A DNA stretch of 64,000 bases from Candidatus Iainarchaeum sp. (GTDB lineage Archaea > Iainarchaeota > Iainarchaeia > Iainarchaeales > GCA-2688035). Below the pieces are notes generated by a model that was given only the letters and a program-made list of their open reading frames with translations, was not told the DNA's origin and did no database searches. Made by a program: the position numbers and the translations under genes. Position 1 is the first letter of the stretch. Every line of letters starts with the position of its first letter. Shown in pieces: positions 28,476 to 38,040 of this stretch. Location: the NCBI GenBank assembly GCA_017610205.1, contig JAFCCL010000004.1, positions 32,001-96,000 on the forward strand, given 5' to 3'.

Positions 28476-29826
28476 ATGAACTATCCCCGGCTATTGTAGG
28501 GGGTTTCCTGTTTCATCGGCAATACTTGCTTCGGGCTTATGCCGTCAGTAGAGGTTTCATCTCCAACAGGCGTTGATTTGGGTTGTTCCAACCCTATCCC
28601 AGTTATGAGTATATTTTGTGCAGCGTTTATATCTCGGTCTATTTCTAGACTACAATGATGACATTTGTGTATTCTCATTGTTAATGTTTTTCTAACAATC
28701 TCTCCACATCCACTGCATTTTTGACTTGTGTTTTTTGGATTCATTTTCACTATTTTTCCTCCAGCACTTTCAGCCTTGAAAAAAAGTTTGCTTGTGAAAT
28801 CACTCCAAGAAACATCTGTTATTTCTCTTGCAAGATAATGATTTTTTAACATTCCTTTTACATTCAAATTCTCAATATATATTGTTCCATATTTTTCAAT
28901 AAGTTTTCTGCATAGTTTCCAGCCAAAATCGTTTCTGGTGTTTGCTATTTGTTCGTCCATTATTGCTAACTTGACTCTCGCTTTGTTTCGGTTGTTGCTT
29001 TTTTTCTTTGTTTTGCTAAACTTTTTTGCCAGAACCTTTCTTTTTTCTGACATTTTCCCAAGTGGCTTTGGATGATCAAAAAATTCACTATTGCTTGTGG
29101 TGATAAAATGATTTAAACCAAAATCTATACCAACTTCACCATTTCCAACCGTTATTTTTTCTTTAGGCATATTATCACAAAAAATCGTAACAAAGTATTT
29201 TCCGCTTTTCGCTTTCTTGATTGTCATTATTTTTGGGGTTCCTTGTAGTACTCTGTGGTATTTTATGTTCAGCCAACCAATTTTTGGGAAACGAGTTTTC
29301 TTACCTATGTTCTTTGGTTTGGTTATTTGCGGAAGTGTGATGCTGTTATAAGTTCCATATTTTTTAAATCTTGGAAAGCCCTTTTTTCTTTCATCTCTCT
29401 TGATTCTTGCAAAAAAGTTTTTGTATGCTTTGTCAATCCTATCAGCCACATTCTGGCTGACTTGTGAGTACATTTCTTTGTTTCCCTTTACTCGTCTATA
29501 TAGGTCTTTTCTTGATAGTCTAACACTCTTATTTTTATAAGCATCTTTTTTCAGGGCAAGAAGTTTGTTATACAATAATCTGCATTTTTCTATTTGCAAG
29601 TCTATTTCACTTGCCTGTTTTTTTGTTGGATAAACTCTATATTTATAGGTTTTCATTTTTCTTAACTCCTCGGAAATTTGAGAACTATTACAATTTTACT
29701 ATTTTTTCTTTTTAAAGGCACTGAAAGAGAGTGGACTTCCGGTAAAAATTACTCCACAGAAATTTCCACTGAAGCTAGGTTCGCTTTCATCTAACTGCTA
29801 AAGCGGTTGATTTTCTTGCTCACACG
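28476..29826 (-). mobile_element. IS200/IS605-family (IS1341-like) element, tnpB only
   Basis: Left-end hairpin aactgctaaagcggtt (29793-29808); right end GAAACAGGAAACCCCCTACAATAGCCGGGGATAGTTCA; no tnpA; boundaries approximate. Confidence 0.8.
28481..29656 (-). CDS. tnpB: RNA-guided endonuclease TnpB
   Basis: YKYRVYPT, GIDFG, IENLN, CxxC...CxxC, DRDINAAQNI; RuvC D-E-D intact. Confidence 0.95.
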   Translation of the reverse strand: MKTYKYRVYPTKKQASEIDLQIEKCRLLYNKLLALKKDAYKNKSVRLSRKDLYRRVKGNKEMYSQVSQNVADRIDKAYKNFFARIKRDERKKGFPRFKKYGTYNSITLPQITKPKNIGKKTRFPKIGWLNIKYHRVLQGTPKIMTIKKAKSGKYFVTIFCDNMPKEKITVGNGEVGIDFGLNHFITTSNSEFFDHPKPLGKMSEKRKVLAKKFSKTKKKSNNRNKARVKLAIMDEQIANTRNDFGWKLCRKLIEKYGTIYIENLNVKGMLKNHYLAREITDVSWSDFTSKLFFKAESAGGKIVKMNPKNTSQKCSGCGEIVRKTLTMRIHKCHHCSLEIDRDINAAQNILITGIGLEQPKSTPVGDETSTDGISPKQVLPMKQETPYNSRG

Positions 29827-29911
29827 ATAAACATATCACATTTTAGCCTGCCTCTTAGAAGAAAAGTTCTCAGCGGAAAAGTTAAAAAAACTTGGAATAC
29901 TAATTATTTTT

Positions 29912-30535
29912 ATGGGAGAAAAACTTTCCTTAAAACAGGGCGAAAAACTTACAAGGGTTGCAAGAAAAAGCATAGACTATTCACTTGCTTCAGGACTCAG
30001 ACTTGCAGAAGCATGCGACGACAAACAGCTTTTGGAGCAAAGAGGCGTTTTTGTTACATTGCATTCTTTTCCAGGAAAAGAACTCAGGGGATGCATTGGA
30101 TTTCCTTACCCTGTAAAGCCTTTGTGGAACGCTGTTTTGGAAATGGCTGTTGAAGCCGCAATTCACGACCCAAGATTTTCGCCAATGACCTCGGACGAAA
30201 TGAAAAATACTATTGTTGAAATAAGTGTTTTAACAAAACCTGAAGAAATTTTGTGCGAAAGGAAAAAGCTTCCGAAATTTGTCAAAATTGGCGAAGATGG
30301 ATTGATTGCCCAAAGGGGAGGGCATTCCGGCCTTTTGCTTCCAATTGTGGGAGCTGAATTTAAATGGGATGCTGAAAATTTTTTGAAACAAACGTGCCGT
30401 AAAGCAGGGTTGCCTGAAACTGCTTGGAGGATGACAGACACACAGGTGTTCAAGTTTCAAGCCCAAGTATTTTGCGAGGAAACACCAGGCAGAGATATTA
30501 GGGAGATAAACTTGCAAGAATTATTAAATAAATAG
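29912..30535 (+). CDS. AMMECR1 domain protein
   Basis: GVFVTL, LRGCIG, DPRF, EISVLT, GLLLP, KAGL. Confidence 0.93.
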   Translation: MGEKLSLKQGEKLTRVARKSIDYSLASGLRLAEACDDKQLLEQRGVFVTLHSFPGKELRGCIGFPYPVKPLWNAVLEMAVEAAIHDPRFSPMTSDEMKNTIVEISVLTKPEEILCERKKLPKFVKIGEDGLIAQRGGHSGLLLPIVGAEFKWDAENFLKQTCRKAGLPETAWRMTDTQVFKFQAQVFCEETPGRDIREINLQELLNK

Positions 30536-30562
30536 ATTTCTTTTCTTTTTACAAGAACACTT

Positions 30563-31996
30563 TTAATCCATTGCGGCCTTAGCTGCCCTTATGCCACTCT
30601 TTTTGATTAAACGCTCTAGAGATTTGTACGGCGCACTATAATTGCCTGACAACCAATTCCACAAGGTGCTTTTGCTCATTCCACAGCAAAAGCAAGCATT
30701 TTTGAGAGAGGCGTACCTGTCAATTAAATGATTTGAAATTTGTTTACAGCCCAGTTCACTTAATTCAATAAAAATGCCGCCCTTAGAACCAAATCGGATT
30801 GTTTTTAATTGACTTGCATTGACAGAGTCTAAAATTTTAATTAGACCTATTCTTACAAGAAAGTCTTTGTAGGGCAAAAGACTTTGAACAGAGTTTATGC
30901 GTGGAGACAGACTTTTTAATAGAATTGGAAAATCGAACAGGGTTAATTCTTTACAGACCAGATTCAATTCACTTAAAGATACTTTAGCTTTTGGAAATAA
31001 ATCATTGTAGGTTTGCAGGGGATTTTTTACTGTTAAACTGCCTTTGAAAAATTCTAGTCGTCTGTGCTTTGGGGTATCAACTTCAAGATAATTTAACATA
31101 TTAGAGTTAAACCTTGTTTTAGTATTATTAACCCTTAAGATGTGTTTGCTGTTAGAATAGACAATGTTGCTGTTAATACTGTCCTTTAGCAAAATTTCTT
31201 GAATGCTTTTTAGCAACTGAAAACTACGACACTCAAGAGTAACACAACCACTTAAGGATACACTTCCATCAAATGTTAAAACTCCGAGAGCAAAAACCCT
31301 ACGAAAATCTTGACCCGCTTCTCTTATTATTTTTGGTTCTTTAACAATTCTTGTTTTCTTCCCAAAAGGAAAACCAAAGAAAACATGCAAATATCTTGCC
31401 ATTATTTTGTTATATTTATCTGCCTTAAACGCATTCTCTCGTTTAGATTTTTTAACCTCAATTTTTATGCCAAACTCCTCTTTCAACCAATCAGCCCATT
31501 TCTTTACTGATTCCCTGCTTGAATCTATTAAACGAAGCCCATAGTCAGGGCTAAGCGAACCATCTGCTGCGTGAGCACCAGCAATTTTGCAAAGAGTTAG
31601 CGTCAAAAATTTTGGTGCTTTAACAGGTTTTGATTGTTGCTGCCCTACTTTTAAAAATTGTATTCCTTTAATAATTCTCCACTTTTTATTTTTGAAATCT
31701 CTTTCATTAACAGTATACAAATCTTTCCATATATCCAATAACAAGCTTATAATTTTCAAGGAAACCCAAGGTCGCCCTTTGTTTATATTTATAAGATGCC
31801 TCTTTGAGGTACTAAAAGAACAATTCAGAAGAGAACACAACAATTTTGCAAAATTGTTTTGATTGCGCTCCTGATAAAGACAATGAAGTAACTCCTTTAT
31901 TTCTTTATTTAGAACTGGTCCTTTTGCTTTTATCCAAGATCCTTGCATATTTTTGTCAATATTGTCATCGTGTAATTTAAGTATATCAAAGCACAT
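30563..31996 (-). CDS. Free-standing two-motif LAGLIDADG protein with HTH-like extensions
   Basis: IAGAHAADGS and FALGVLTFDGS, FGFPFGKKT; no intein splice blocks. Confidence 0.8.
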   Translation of the reverse strand: MCFDILKLHDDNIDKNMQGSWIKAKGPVLNKEIKELLHCLYQERNQNNFAKLLCSLLNCSFSTSKRHLININKGRPWVSLKIISLLLDIWKDLYTVNERDFKNKKWRIIKGIQFLKVGQQQSKPVKAPKFLTLTLCKIAGAHAADGSLSPDYGLRLIDSSRESVKKWADWLKEEFGIKIEVKKSKRENAFKADKYNKIMARYLHVFFGFPFGKKTRIVKEPKIIREAGQDFRRVFALGVLTFDGSVSLSGCVTLECRSFQLLKSIQEILLKDSINSNIVYSNSKHILRVNNTKTRFNSNMLNYLEVDTPKHRRLEFFKGSLTVKNPLQTYNDLFPKAKVSLSELNLVCKELTLFDFPILLKSLSPRINSVQSLLPYKDFLVRIGLIKILDSVNASQLKTIRFGSKGGIFIELSELGCKQISNHLIDRYASLKNACFCCGMSKSTLWNWLSGNYSAPYKSLERLIKKSGIRAAKAAMD

Positions 31997-32107
31997 GCAA
32001 CTATATCAGTTTTTACCTTTAAGTAATTTTGGAGAGACAACAGGTTTCCGGTGAAAAATACTTCACTAGTGTTTCCAGTAATTGTCAAATCCTCTAATAA
32101 ATAGCAG

Positions 32108-32395
32108 CTAGCTTTCAATACATTGGGTTAATTGGAATTTACAGGCTTGAAGTACATTGCTGCATTCAACAAAACGGTCATCCAAGACATCCTTTTGAGT
32201 AAGGCACCTTGCATACTTTTCTTCAACTGTTTCACCATATATCGGTTCTACCACAAAGTGCTGAATGCCCATTCCAATAATTAAAAGGGAAAAAATTGCA
32301 ACCAAGACAAGGACCTGCTTTTTTGAAAAGCCCTTTCGCTTTTTTTTCCTTCGCTTTGGAACATCTTCTTCTTCATCAGACATAAAAAACCACAA
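32108..32395 (-). CDS. Small single-TM protein with Cys-containing helix
   Basis: Basic N-terminus, TM, Cys-spaced C-terminus. Confidence 0.65.
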   Translation of the reverse strand: MWFFMSDEEEDVPKRRKKKRKGFSKKQVLVLVAIFSLLIIGMGIQHFVVEPIYGETVEEKYARCLTQKDVLDDRFVECSNVLQACKFQLTQCIES

Positions 32396-32417
32396 AGTAT
32401 AATGACAATTTTAGTAT

Positions 32418-32472
32418 TTATACTTTTGCTGTTATCTTTTTAGGATTCTTTTGCTGTTATCTTTTTAGGATT
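32418..32472 (-). repeat. Perfect 25-bp tandem duplication of the taw1 3' end
   Basis: 32423-32447 = 32448-32472; NPKKITAKES* vs NPKKITAKV*. Confidence 0.85.
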
Positions 32473-33396
32473 TTTCTTTTTGCTTAAAAGAACAACCCTG
32501 CTTGGCTTGCTTTCAGCTATTAGGTAATATCCCAAATGTTCATTGATTTTTTCAGCAAAGCTTTTGACTTCTTCATGCAAGGGCATGTTTTCAATGGCAA
32601 GGCGCTTTCTGCTGTATCCCACAAACATGTAACTTTTCACTTCCACAAAATCAGGAGAAGCCTTTTCAATAAGCTTTGCAAATTCGTTTTCGCGGGACAT
32701 GTTCTTGCCTTTAATTGCAGTAATCCTGATTGCCTTTCTTGTATTCAATGAAGGCATTAGCTCAAGGCTTTGATTAAGCTTTTGCCAACTGTCTTTAACA
32801 AGCGGGACATTAATTGTCTTGTGCATTTCCTTGTTTGGAGCTTCAAGTGAAAGATAAAGCTGTGTAGGCAAATACATTTCCGCAAGAGTTTTTGGATGCA
32901 TGCCATTGCTTACAAGAAATGTTGAAAATTTCCTTAGGTCAAATTCTTCAATTAATTCTCCAATTTTTGTGTAAAGTGTAGGTTCACCGGCCAAAGAAAT
33001 TGCAACCTGATTTGGGTTGTTTGCCTCCCAAAGCTTTTTTTCACCAATTTTTTCTCTGAATTCACCATAGCCACTTAACAGAATGCGTTGCTGTTTTATT
33101 GCCTCGTCAATTATTTCATCTGGCTCGTCAAACTCTTTTGGAAACTTTACATACTTTGTTAAAGGTCGCCAGCAAAACTGGCAGTTTTGGTCACACCAGG
33201 AAACAGCCGGAGTCATTTGAAGGCAGCGGTGGCTTTGAATTCCGTAAAACTTTTGCTTGTAACAAACCTCACTCTTGTAAATTGAGGCTTTGGTCCAATG
33301 GCAAAGTTTTACTGCGCTATGGCCAAAGAGCTTGTAGTGCTGCCTTGCAAGCATTTCAATTGTTTCTTTAGGCAAATAGTCTTCTGTACAATGCAT
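32440..33396 (-). CDS. taw1: 4-demethylwyosine synthase TYW1
   Basis: HSAVKLCHWT, CYKQKFYGIQSHRC, CDQNCQFCWRP, AISLAGEPTLY. Confidence 0.95.
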   Translation of the reverse strand: MHCTEDYLPKETIEMLARQHYKLFGHSAVKLCHWTKASIYKSEVCYKQKFYGIQSHRCLQMTPAVSWCDQNCQFCWRPLTKYVKFPKEFDEPDEIIDEAIKQQRILLSGYGEFREKIGEKKLWEANNPNQVAISLAGEPTLYTKIGELIEEFDLRKFSTFLVSNGMHPKTLAEMYLPTQLYLSLEAPNKEMHKTINVPLVKDSWQKLNQSLELMPSLNTRKAIRITAIKGKNMSRENEFAKLIEKASPDFVEVKSYMFVGYSRKRLAIENMPLHEEVKSFAEKINEHLGYYLIAESKPSRVVLLSKKKNPKKITAKES

Positions 33397-33519
33397 AAAA
33401 AGAAGAAGGAAGGGAATTCTTTTAAAAAAAGGCTTTTATGTATAAGCAGAAAAAAGCAACATTTAAATAGAAGTTTGTCTTTTATTTGTACAAGTTGATT
33501 TATTAACGGGGGAAAAATA

Positions 33520-33798
33520 ATGTATAAGTACACAATCGCAAGGCAATTAGCAACAAAAAAGGTTATTACCAACAGAGGAGATGAGGTTGGAAAGCTTTCA
33601 GACCTTATGATAGACGAAGGAAGCGGCGAAATAGAGCATTTGCTGGTAGAACTTGACAGGGAAAGTAAATTCATAAAAAAGGCAGAAGGAAGGGACAGGA
33701 TAATAAAAATCCCTTACAGCGCTGTAACTGCAGTAAGTGACGTATTTATAGTTGATGAGCGTGAGATAGAGACTGCTGAAGCCGCACCTGAAAAGTAA
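33520..33798 (+). CDS. PRC-barrel protein (CdpB-like)
   Basis: KKVITNRGDEVGKLSDLMID...IPYSAVTAVSDVFIV. Confidence 0.85.
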   Translation: MYKYTIARQLATKKVITNRGDEVGKLSDLMIDEGSGEIEHLLVELDRESKFIKKAEGRDRIIKIPYSAVTAVSDVFIVDEREIETAEAAPEK

Positions 33799-33830
33799 AT
33801 TTGAAAAGCTTTTTTTAGTCTTTTTTCTAA

Positions 33831-34946
33831 TTATTCTAATGATACAACTACTTTACCCTGTTTTAGGTTAAAACTTTTAAGAAAAGGAAACTCATTTTTT
33901 ATCTTATACATAATCTCTTTTTCCCAGTTTTTTTCCTTTTTTGCAGAATTAAGAGATTGAATAAGTGGAAAAAGCCTGGAGTAGTTTGCATAAATTAGCT
34001 TGGCTTTTTTTGCGTTTAACTCAATCTTTGAAAGAAAGGTTTCCAAAGCCTCTTTTTGCTGCTGGATGCTGTAATCCAGCTCTGCTTTTTTCTTTGAAAC
34101 TGCATTTCTTTCATCTGCGCCTTTTGCTTCAGAAAACTGTTTTCCGTATGCCAAATCTATTGCCTCATTTAGAGAATTGAAGGATTCAAGTTTTGGAAGG
34201 CAGTTAAGTTCAAATGGAAGCAGTATTTCAGAACCGGCTTTTTCAGCAGTTGACACAGCCTCTTTTTTCAGGTCAACAGAGTAAAGTTCTTTTATTGCTG
34301 AAACAAGCTTTGCAATTTCTTTTTCAGTAATTTCTTTGGCTTGTTTTTCCTTTCCAACTGAGGCTTTAAGGCAGGCTTCTTCTGCAAATGAAGGAGCAAT
34401 GTTTATGTCTTTTACAAGGGTTCTTACAAGGTCTGAATTGCTTTTCTTTAAAATGTTCTCCAAAGATTTGCTGTCAAGACCTGCAGGGCTTATTCCTTTT
34501 GACGAAGGAAATTTGTAGTCTTCTCCTTTTTTAAGAATTCTGTCCTTCCACCGCTCTTTTCTAAAAGCGGAAAGAATTATTTTTTTCTCATCAAGCAAAA
34601 CTATATTTCCTTTTGCAAAAAGTTCAAAAATCAGGAAAAAACCCTCCAATTCTATTACAATAATTCTGTCAAAGCCATGCTGTTTGAAGGAAATAATTTT
34701 TTTGTTTGAAAGCCTTTTTCGAAGAAACGCCCCGTAACCTGACGTTGTCTGCCTTGCAGGCATGGAAAAGAATGTAAGAAACAATGCATCAGGCGCTGCT
34801 ATCAAGTCCTTTGTGCCCTGCCTTGTCTGCAGCTTGAATTTTAGCCAGCCATTGTCAAGCTCTTGTACCCTGCGCACAATACAGCCGTCAATTAGGGGGC
34901 TTAATTCTGCCACAATATACGCCAAAGAAATGTTTGGAATGTGCAT
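33831..34946 (-). CDS. NFACT/Rqc2 family protein, N-terminal half only
   Basis: FDRII, ELFAKGNIVL, HhH (FAEEAC), coiled coil; ends at 371 aa. Confidence 0.85.
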   Translation of the reverse strand: MHIPNISLAYIVAELSPLIDGCIVRRVQELDNGWLKFKLQTRQGTKDLIAAPDALFLTFFSMPARQTTSGYGAFLRKRLSNKKIISFKQHGFDRIIVIELEGFFLIFELFAKGNIVLLDEKKIILSAFRKERWKDRILKKGEDYKFPSSKGISPAGLDSKSLENILKKSNSDLVRTLVKDINIAPSFAEEACLKASVGKEKQAKEITEKEIAKLVSAIKELYSVDLKKEAVSTAEKAGSEILLPFELNCLPKLESFNSLNEAIDLAYGKQFSEAKGADERNAVSKKKAELDYSIQQQKEALETFLSKIELNAKKAKLIYANYSRLFPLIQSLNSAKKEKNWEKEIMYKIKNEFPFLKSFNLKQGKVVVSLE

Positions 34947-34993
34947 TTAAACCAAAGTAAATTAAGACATAAATGGTTTAAAATTGTGTGATT

Positions 34994-36142
34994 TCAACAA
35001 TTGCAGGCTACTCCAACATTTGAAGAAAAGCGATTGCACTCAGTGCAAATTTCACTAGGACTTAAGGCACGGTTGTAAATTTTAGACTCATCAATGAACC
35101 CACTGAAATACTCGCCATCAGATGCTATGGTTTTTCCAATAAGTAAAGGGTGTAATGGATATGATGAGTTAGTAGATATACCGTCACTGCAGGGAATCGC
35201 TGTAGAAAGACTTAGTTCCTCTCCATTTTTATAAAAGTGAATAAGGTTATCTCCTGCATCGTCAAAAGTCATTGCAACAAAATACCAGCTATTTGGTTCA
35301 AAACCTGCGCCGTTAGATGTGCTTGTTGCAGATACTGTATTACAGTACACATAACCTCTTAGTTCAGTCGTTGTTAGGAAAAAAAAATTATTCCAGCTAT
35401 TCTTTGCAAAAATTGAGTTATAGGCTTTAAGGGAAGTTGGCTTAATCCAAGCAGTGTAAGTGAAAGCGTTTAAGTTGTCCAACCTGCCATTTGCAGGCGG
35501 TATGTCAGGGTCACAAGTTGTGCCATTACATTCAACATATTGAGTTAAGCCGTTAAATTGAAGGCATTTTCCATGTGGGCAATCTGAAACAAATGTTGGA
35601 CTGCCAAAGGTGATAGCATGAAGTTTGTTTCCACTACCATCTTTAGCATTTTCTTCAAAACCGTAGGATGCAATAAGCCCGGTAATTCCTCCTGAACCGC
35701 TGACTATGCTTGTATTCATCTGCAAACCAATTGCATCCAAATAAGCTATTTCTATAATGCCATTTTCACCATTGTTTGACATAGTTATGCCCTCTAAATG
35801 TAACAAACCGCCTGCATTCACGTTAACAGGAAAATCACTTGCCTCATCCAAAACTTGATTATTAAACTTAAACTTAGGACTGTCACCAAAATCACCTGAA
35901 AAAGTAATTGCGTTAATTAAAATCTTGCCACCTGTAATATTCTGCATCACTATATCAATATCATTTCCAGAAATGGTACTTCCCTTGAATAAAATCTTTG
36001 CAGGGTCAGAAGAATGAAAAATGGTTGTTTCACTAGGAGTACCTACAACAAAAACAAATACACTTACAACAGATGCTATTAGTATTAATGCCCAGCCATA
36101 AGTCATCAAATACTCCAAAGAAGCTTGAGCTTTGTTGTGCAT
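34994..36142 (-). CDS. Class III signal (pilin-like) protein with LamG-like domain
   Basis: KAQASLEYLMTYGW; FTYTAWIK, WYFVAMTFD, FSGFIDESKIYNRALS. Confidence 0.88.
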   Translation of the reverse strand: MHNKAQASLEYLMTYGWALILIASVVSVFVFVVGTPSETTIFHSSDPAKILFKGSTISGNDIDIVMQNITGGKILINAITFSGDFGDSPKFKFNNQVLDEASDFPVNVNAGGLLHLEGITMSNNGENGIIEIAYLDAIGLQMNTSIVSGSGGITGLIASYGFEENAKDGSGNKLHAITFGSPTFVSDCPHGKCLQFNGLTQYVECNGTTCDPDIPPANGRLDNLNAFTYTAWIKPTSLKAYNSIFAKNSWNNFFFLTTTELRGYVYCNTVSATSTSNGAGFEPNSWYFVAMTFDDAGDNLIHFYKNGEELSLSTAIPCSDGISTNSSYPLHPLLIGKTIASDGEYFSGFIDESKIYNRALSPSEICTECNRFSSNVGVACNC

Positions 36143-36177
36143 TGAAAAATAAAGGAGCAATCAAGTATTTAATTCTG

Positions 36178-37377
36178 TCATTTAAGATATTTTAGCATTA
36201 CTTTTGCAAGCTTTGGGTGCTTTACAAGCTTTTTGATAACCATTTTCGCAGAAGACTTTAAGTCGCCTTCCGCAATAAGCATTATGTCTGAACCGGAAAT
36301 GCTTTTTGCAAGTGTTTCAAAATTGTTGTCGTTTAATTCCTCCAGCATATGCCTTTGCTTTAGAATCCTTTTCAGTTTGTTGCCTCTTGTTTCATACCAT
36401 TGAACAGTATACTGGTTTAGAAATTTGCTTCCAAAATTCTTTTCCGCAATTGCTTTTAGGGCAATTCCTGAAGCAATTGTTGCAGCCTCCATTGCAATTC
36501 CGATTCCTCCGCCATGAATTGGATTTACCTGATGGGCTGCGTCTCCTACAACAAGCAAATTGTCTGCAGCCAGCTCGTCCAAAAATCCTCCAACAGGAAT
36601 TGTTCCTGCATTTACCTCAATAATGCTTCCGTTTCTAAGTCCAGGGTGTGCTTTGACAAACTTGTCAAGGTATTCCTTTGCAGTTTTTGGCTCCGAACCG
36701 GCAATTCCAATTCCAACATTTGCACAATTTTTGCCTTTTGGAAATAACCAAAGATACCCCCTTGGCGCTATTTCCTTTCCGAAGAAAAAGTGAATGAAGT
36801 GAGGGTTTTCAAAAGAAATGTTTGCCATTTCATACTGGTAACCTGAATCAATGTCATTCAAACCAATTTTGGTGTCAAAGCCAAGTTTTCTTGCAGTAAG
36901 ACTTTCTGTTCCGTCAGCCGCAATAATTAATGGAGTAGCATATTTCACATTCTCACCTTGCTCTGCACAGCTTACAATTACTTTTCCGCCCTTTCTTTCA
37001 AAATCGGAAGCGTGACATTTTGTTCTAATCATTGCACCTTTGCTGGCTGCTTCTTTTGCAAGCTCTTTTTCAAAAACCCTTCGTTCAATTATATAGCCTG
37101 AAACTTTTTTGAAATCAATTTTAACGCTTTTCATACTGGGGGCATATAAAGCTGCGCCATTTATGCTTTGAAGGCACCATTTGTTGTCAGGCTTTAATCC
37201 AAGCCTTTCCATCCAGCTTAAACCAAAGCCCTCTCCGCATCTTTTTGGAACGCCAATTTCCTGCTTTTTGTCAATGCACAAAACCTTGGCTTTTCCTTCA
37301 GCCAAAACCTTTGCAGCACGCAGGCCAGCAGGACCTGCTCCAATAATTATTACGTCAAATTCCTGCATAAAATTCAC
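36178..37377 (-). CDS. Digeranylgeranylglycerophospholipid (geranylgeranyl) reductase
   Basis: GAGPAG, IGVPKRCGEG, PRGYLWLFP, GDAA..VNPIHGGGI. Confidence 0.92.
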   Translation of the reverse strand: MNFMQEFDVIIIGAGPAGLRAAKVLAEGKAKVLCIDKKQEIGVPKRCGEGFGLSWMERLGLKPDNKWCLQSINGAALYAPSMKSVKIDFKKVSGYIIERRVFEKELAKEAASKGAMIRTKCHASDFERKGGKVIVSCAEQGENVKYATPLIIAADGTESLTARKLGFDTKIGLNDIDSGYQYEMANISFENPHFIHFFFGKEIAPRGYLWLFPKGKNCANVGIGIAGSEPKTAKEYLDKFVKAHPGLRNGSIIEVNAGTIPVGGFLDELAADNLLVVGDAAHQVNPIHGGGIGIAMEAATIASGIALKAIAEKNFGSKFLNQYTVQWYETRGNKLKRILKQRHMLEELNDNNFETLAKSISGSDIMLIAEGDLKSSAKMVIKKLVKHPKLAKVMLKYLK

Positions 37378-37577
37378 TTCTTTTGTTCTTTTTTTATTTT
37401 TTCCGAAAGCATTTCGCCTCCAACAGCCCAGTTTTCAACAGGATTGTCATTGAAAACTATTGTAACCCATTCCTTTGGAATGTTGTTTTCCTCAAAAGCC
37501 TTGTACAATGACATAACAAGCTTTTCCTTTTGTTCTGCAGTCTTTCCTTCCAGCAAATCAATTTTTACAACCGGCAT
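37374..37577 (-). CDS. 4-oxalocrotonate tautomerase family protein
   Basis: N-terminal Pro (MPVVKIDLLEGKT), ENWAVGG. Confidence 0.9.
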   Translation of the reverse strand: MPVVKIDLLEGKTAEQKEKLVMSLYKAFEENNIPKEWVTIVFNDNPVENWAVGGEMLSEKIKKEQKK

Positions 37578-37583
37578 TTTTAA

Positions 37584-37760
37584 TCACCTCTTAATACTCA
37601 TTGCGCCAACAGGGCATACCTTTACGCAGGCACCGCAATTTGTGCACTTTTCCTTGTCTATAACAACTATTCCATCAATTAGCTCTATTGCCCCAACAGG
37701 GCAAACAATGGGACAGCCTGCACAATAACAGCACTTGTTTCGGTCATTTACAGCAGTCAT
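37584..37760 (-). CDS. 2x[4Fe-4S] ferredoxin (58 aa, below ORF-track cutoff)
   Basis: MTAVNDRNKCCYCAGCPIVCPVGAI...CTNCGACVKVCPVGAM. Confidence 0.92.
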   Translation of the reverse strand: MTAVNDRNKCCYCAGCPIVCPVGAIELIDGIVVIDKEKCTNCGACVKVCPVGAMSIKR

Positions 37761-37833
37761 AGTCTTTAACTCTTTAAAAAAAATAGGTTAATAAACATTT
37801 TAAACCATTGTTTTTTGTATAGGTGAAAGAAAA

Positions 37834-38040
37834 ATGTGTCTGGCAATAGCTGCAAAAGTGATTGAATTAAGGAACGATGGCAAAAAAGCTGTTGTGGAAC
37901 AGGGTGAAACAAGGAGAGAAGTCCTTAATATGGCAAAGGCAGAAAAAGGCCAGTATGTTCTCGTTCAACAGGGTTTTGCCGTTGAAAAAATTTCAGAAAA
38001 AGAAGCAAGGGAAACTTTTGAGGCGCTTGCAGATGACTAA
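37834..38040 (+). CDS. hypC: HypC/HupF hydrogenase maturation chaperone
   Basis: MCLAIAAKV, GQYVLVQQGFA (His of the canonical VLVHxG replaced by Gln). Confidence 0.88.
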   Translation: MCLAIAAKVIELRNDGKKAVVEQGETRREVLNMAKAEKGQYVLVQQGFAVEKISEKEARETFEALADD

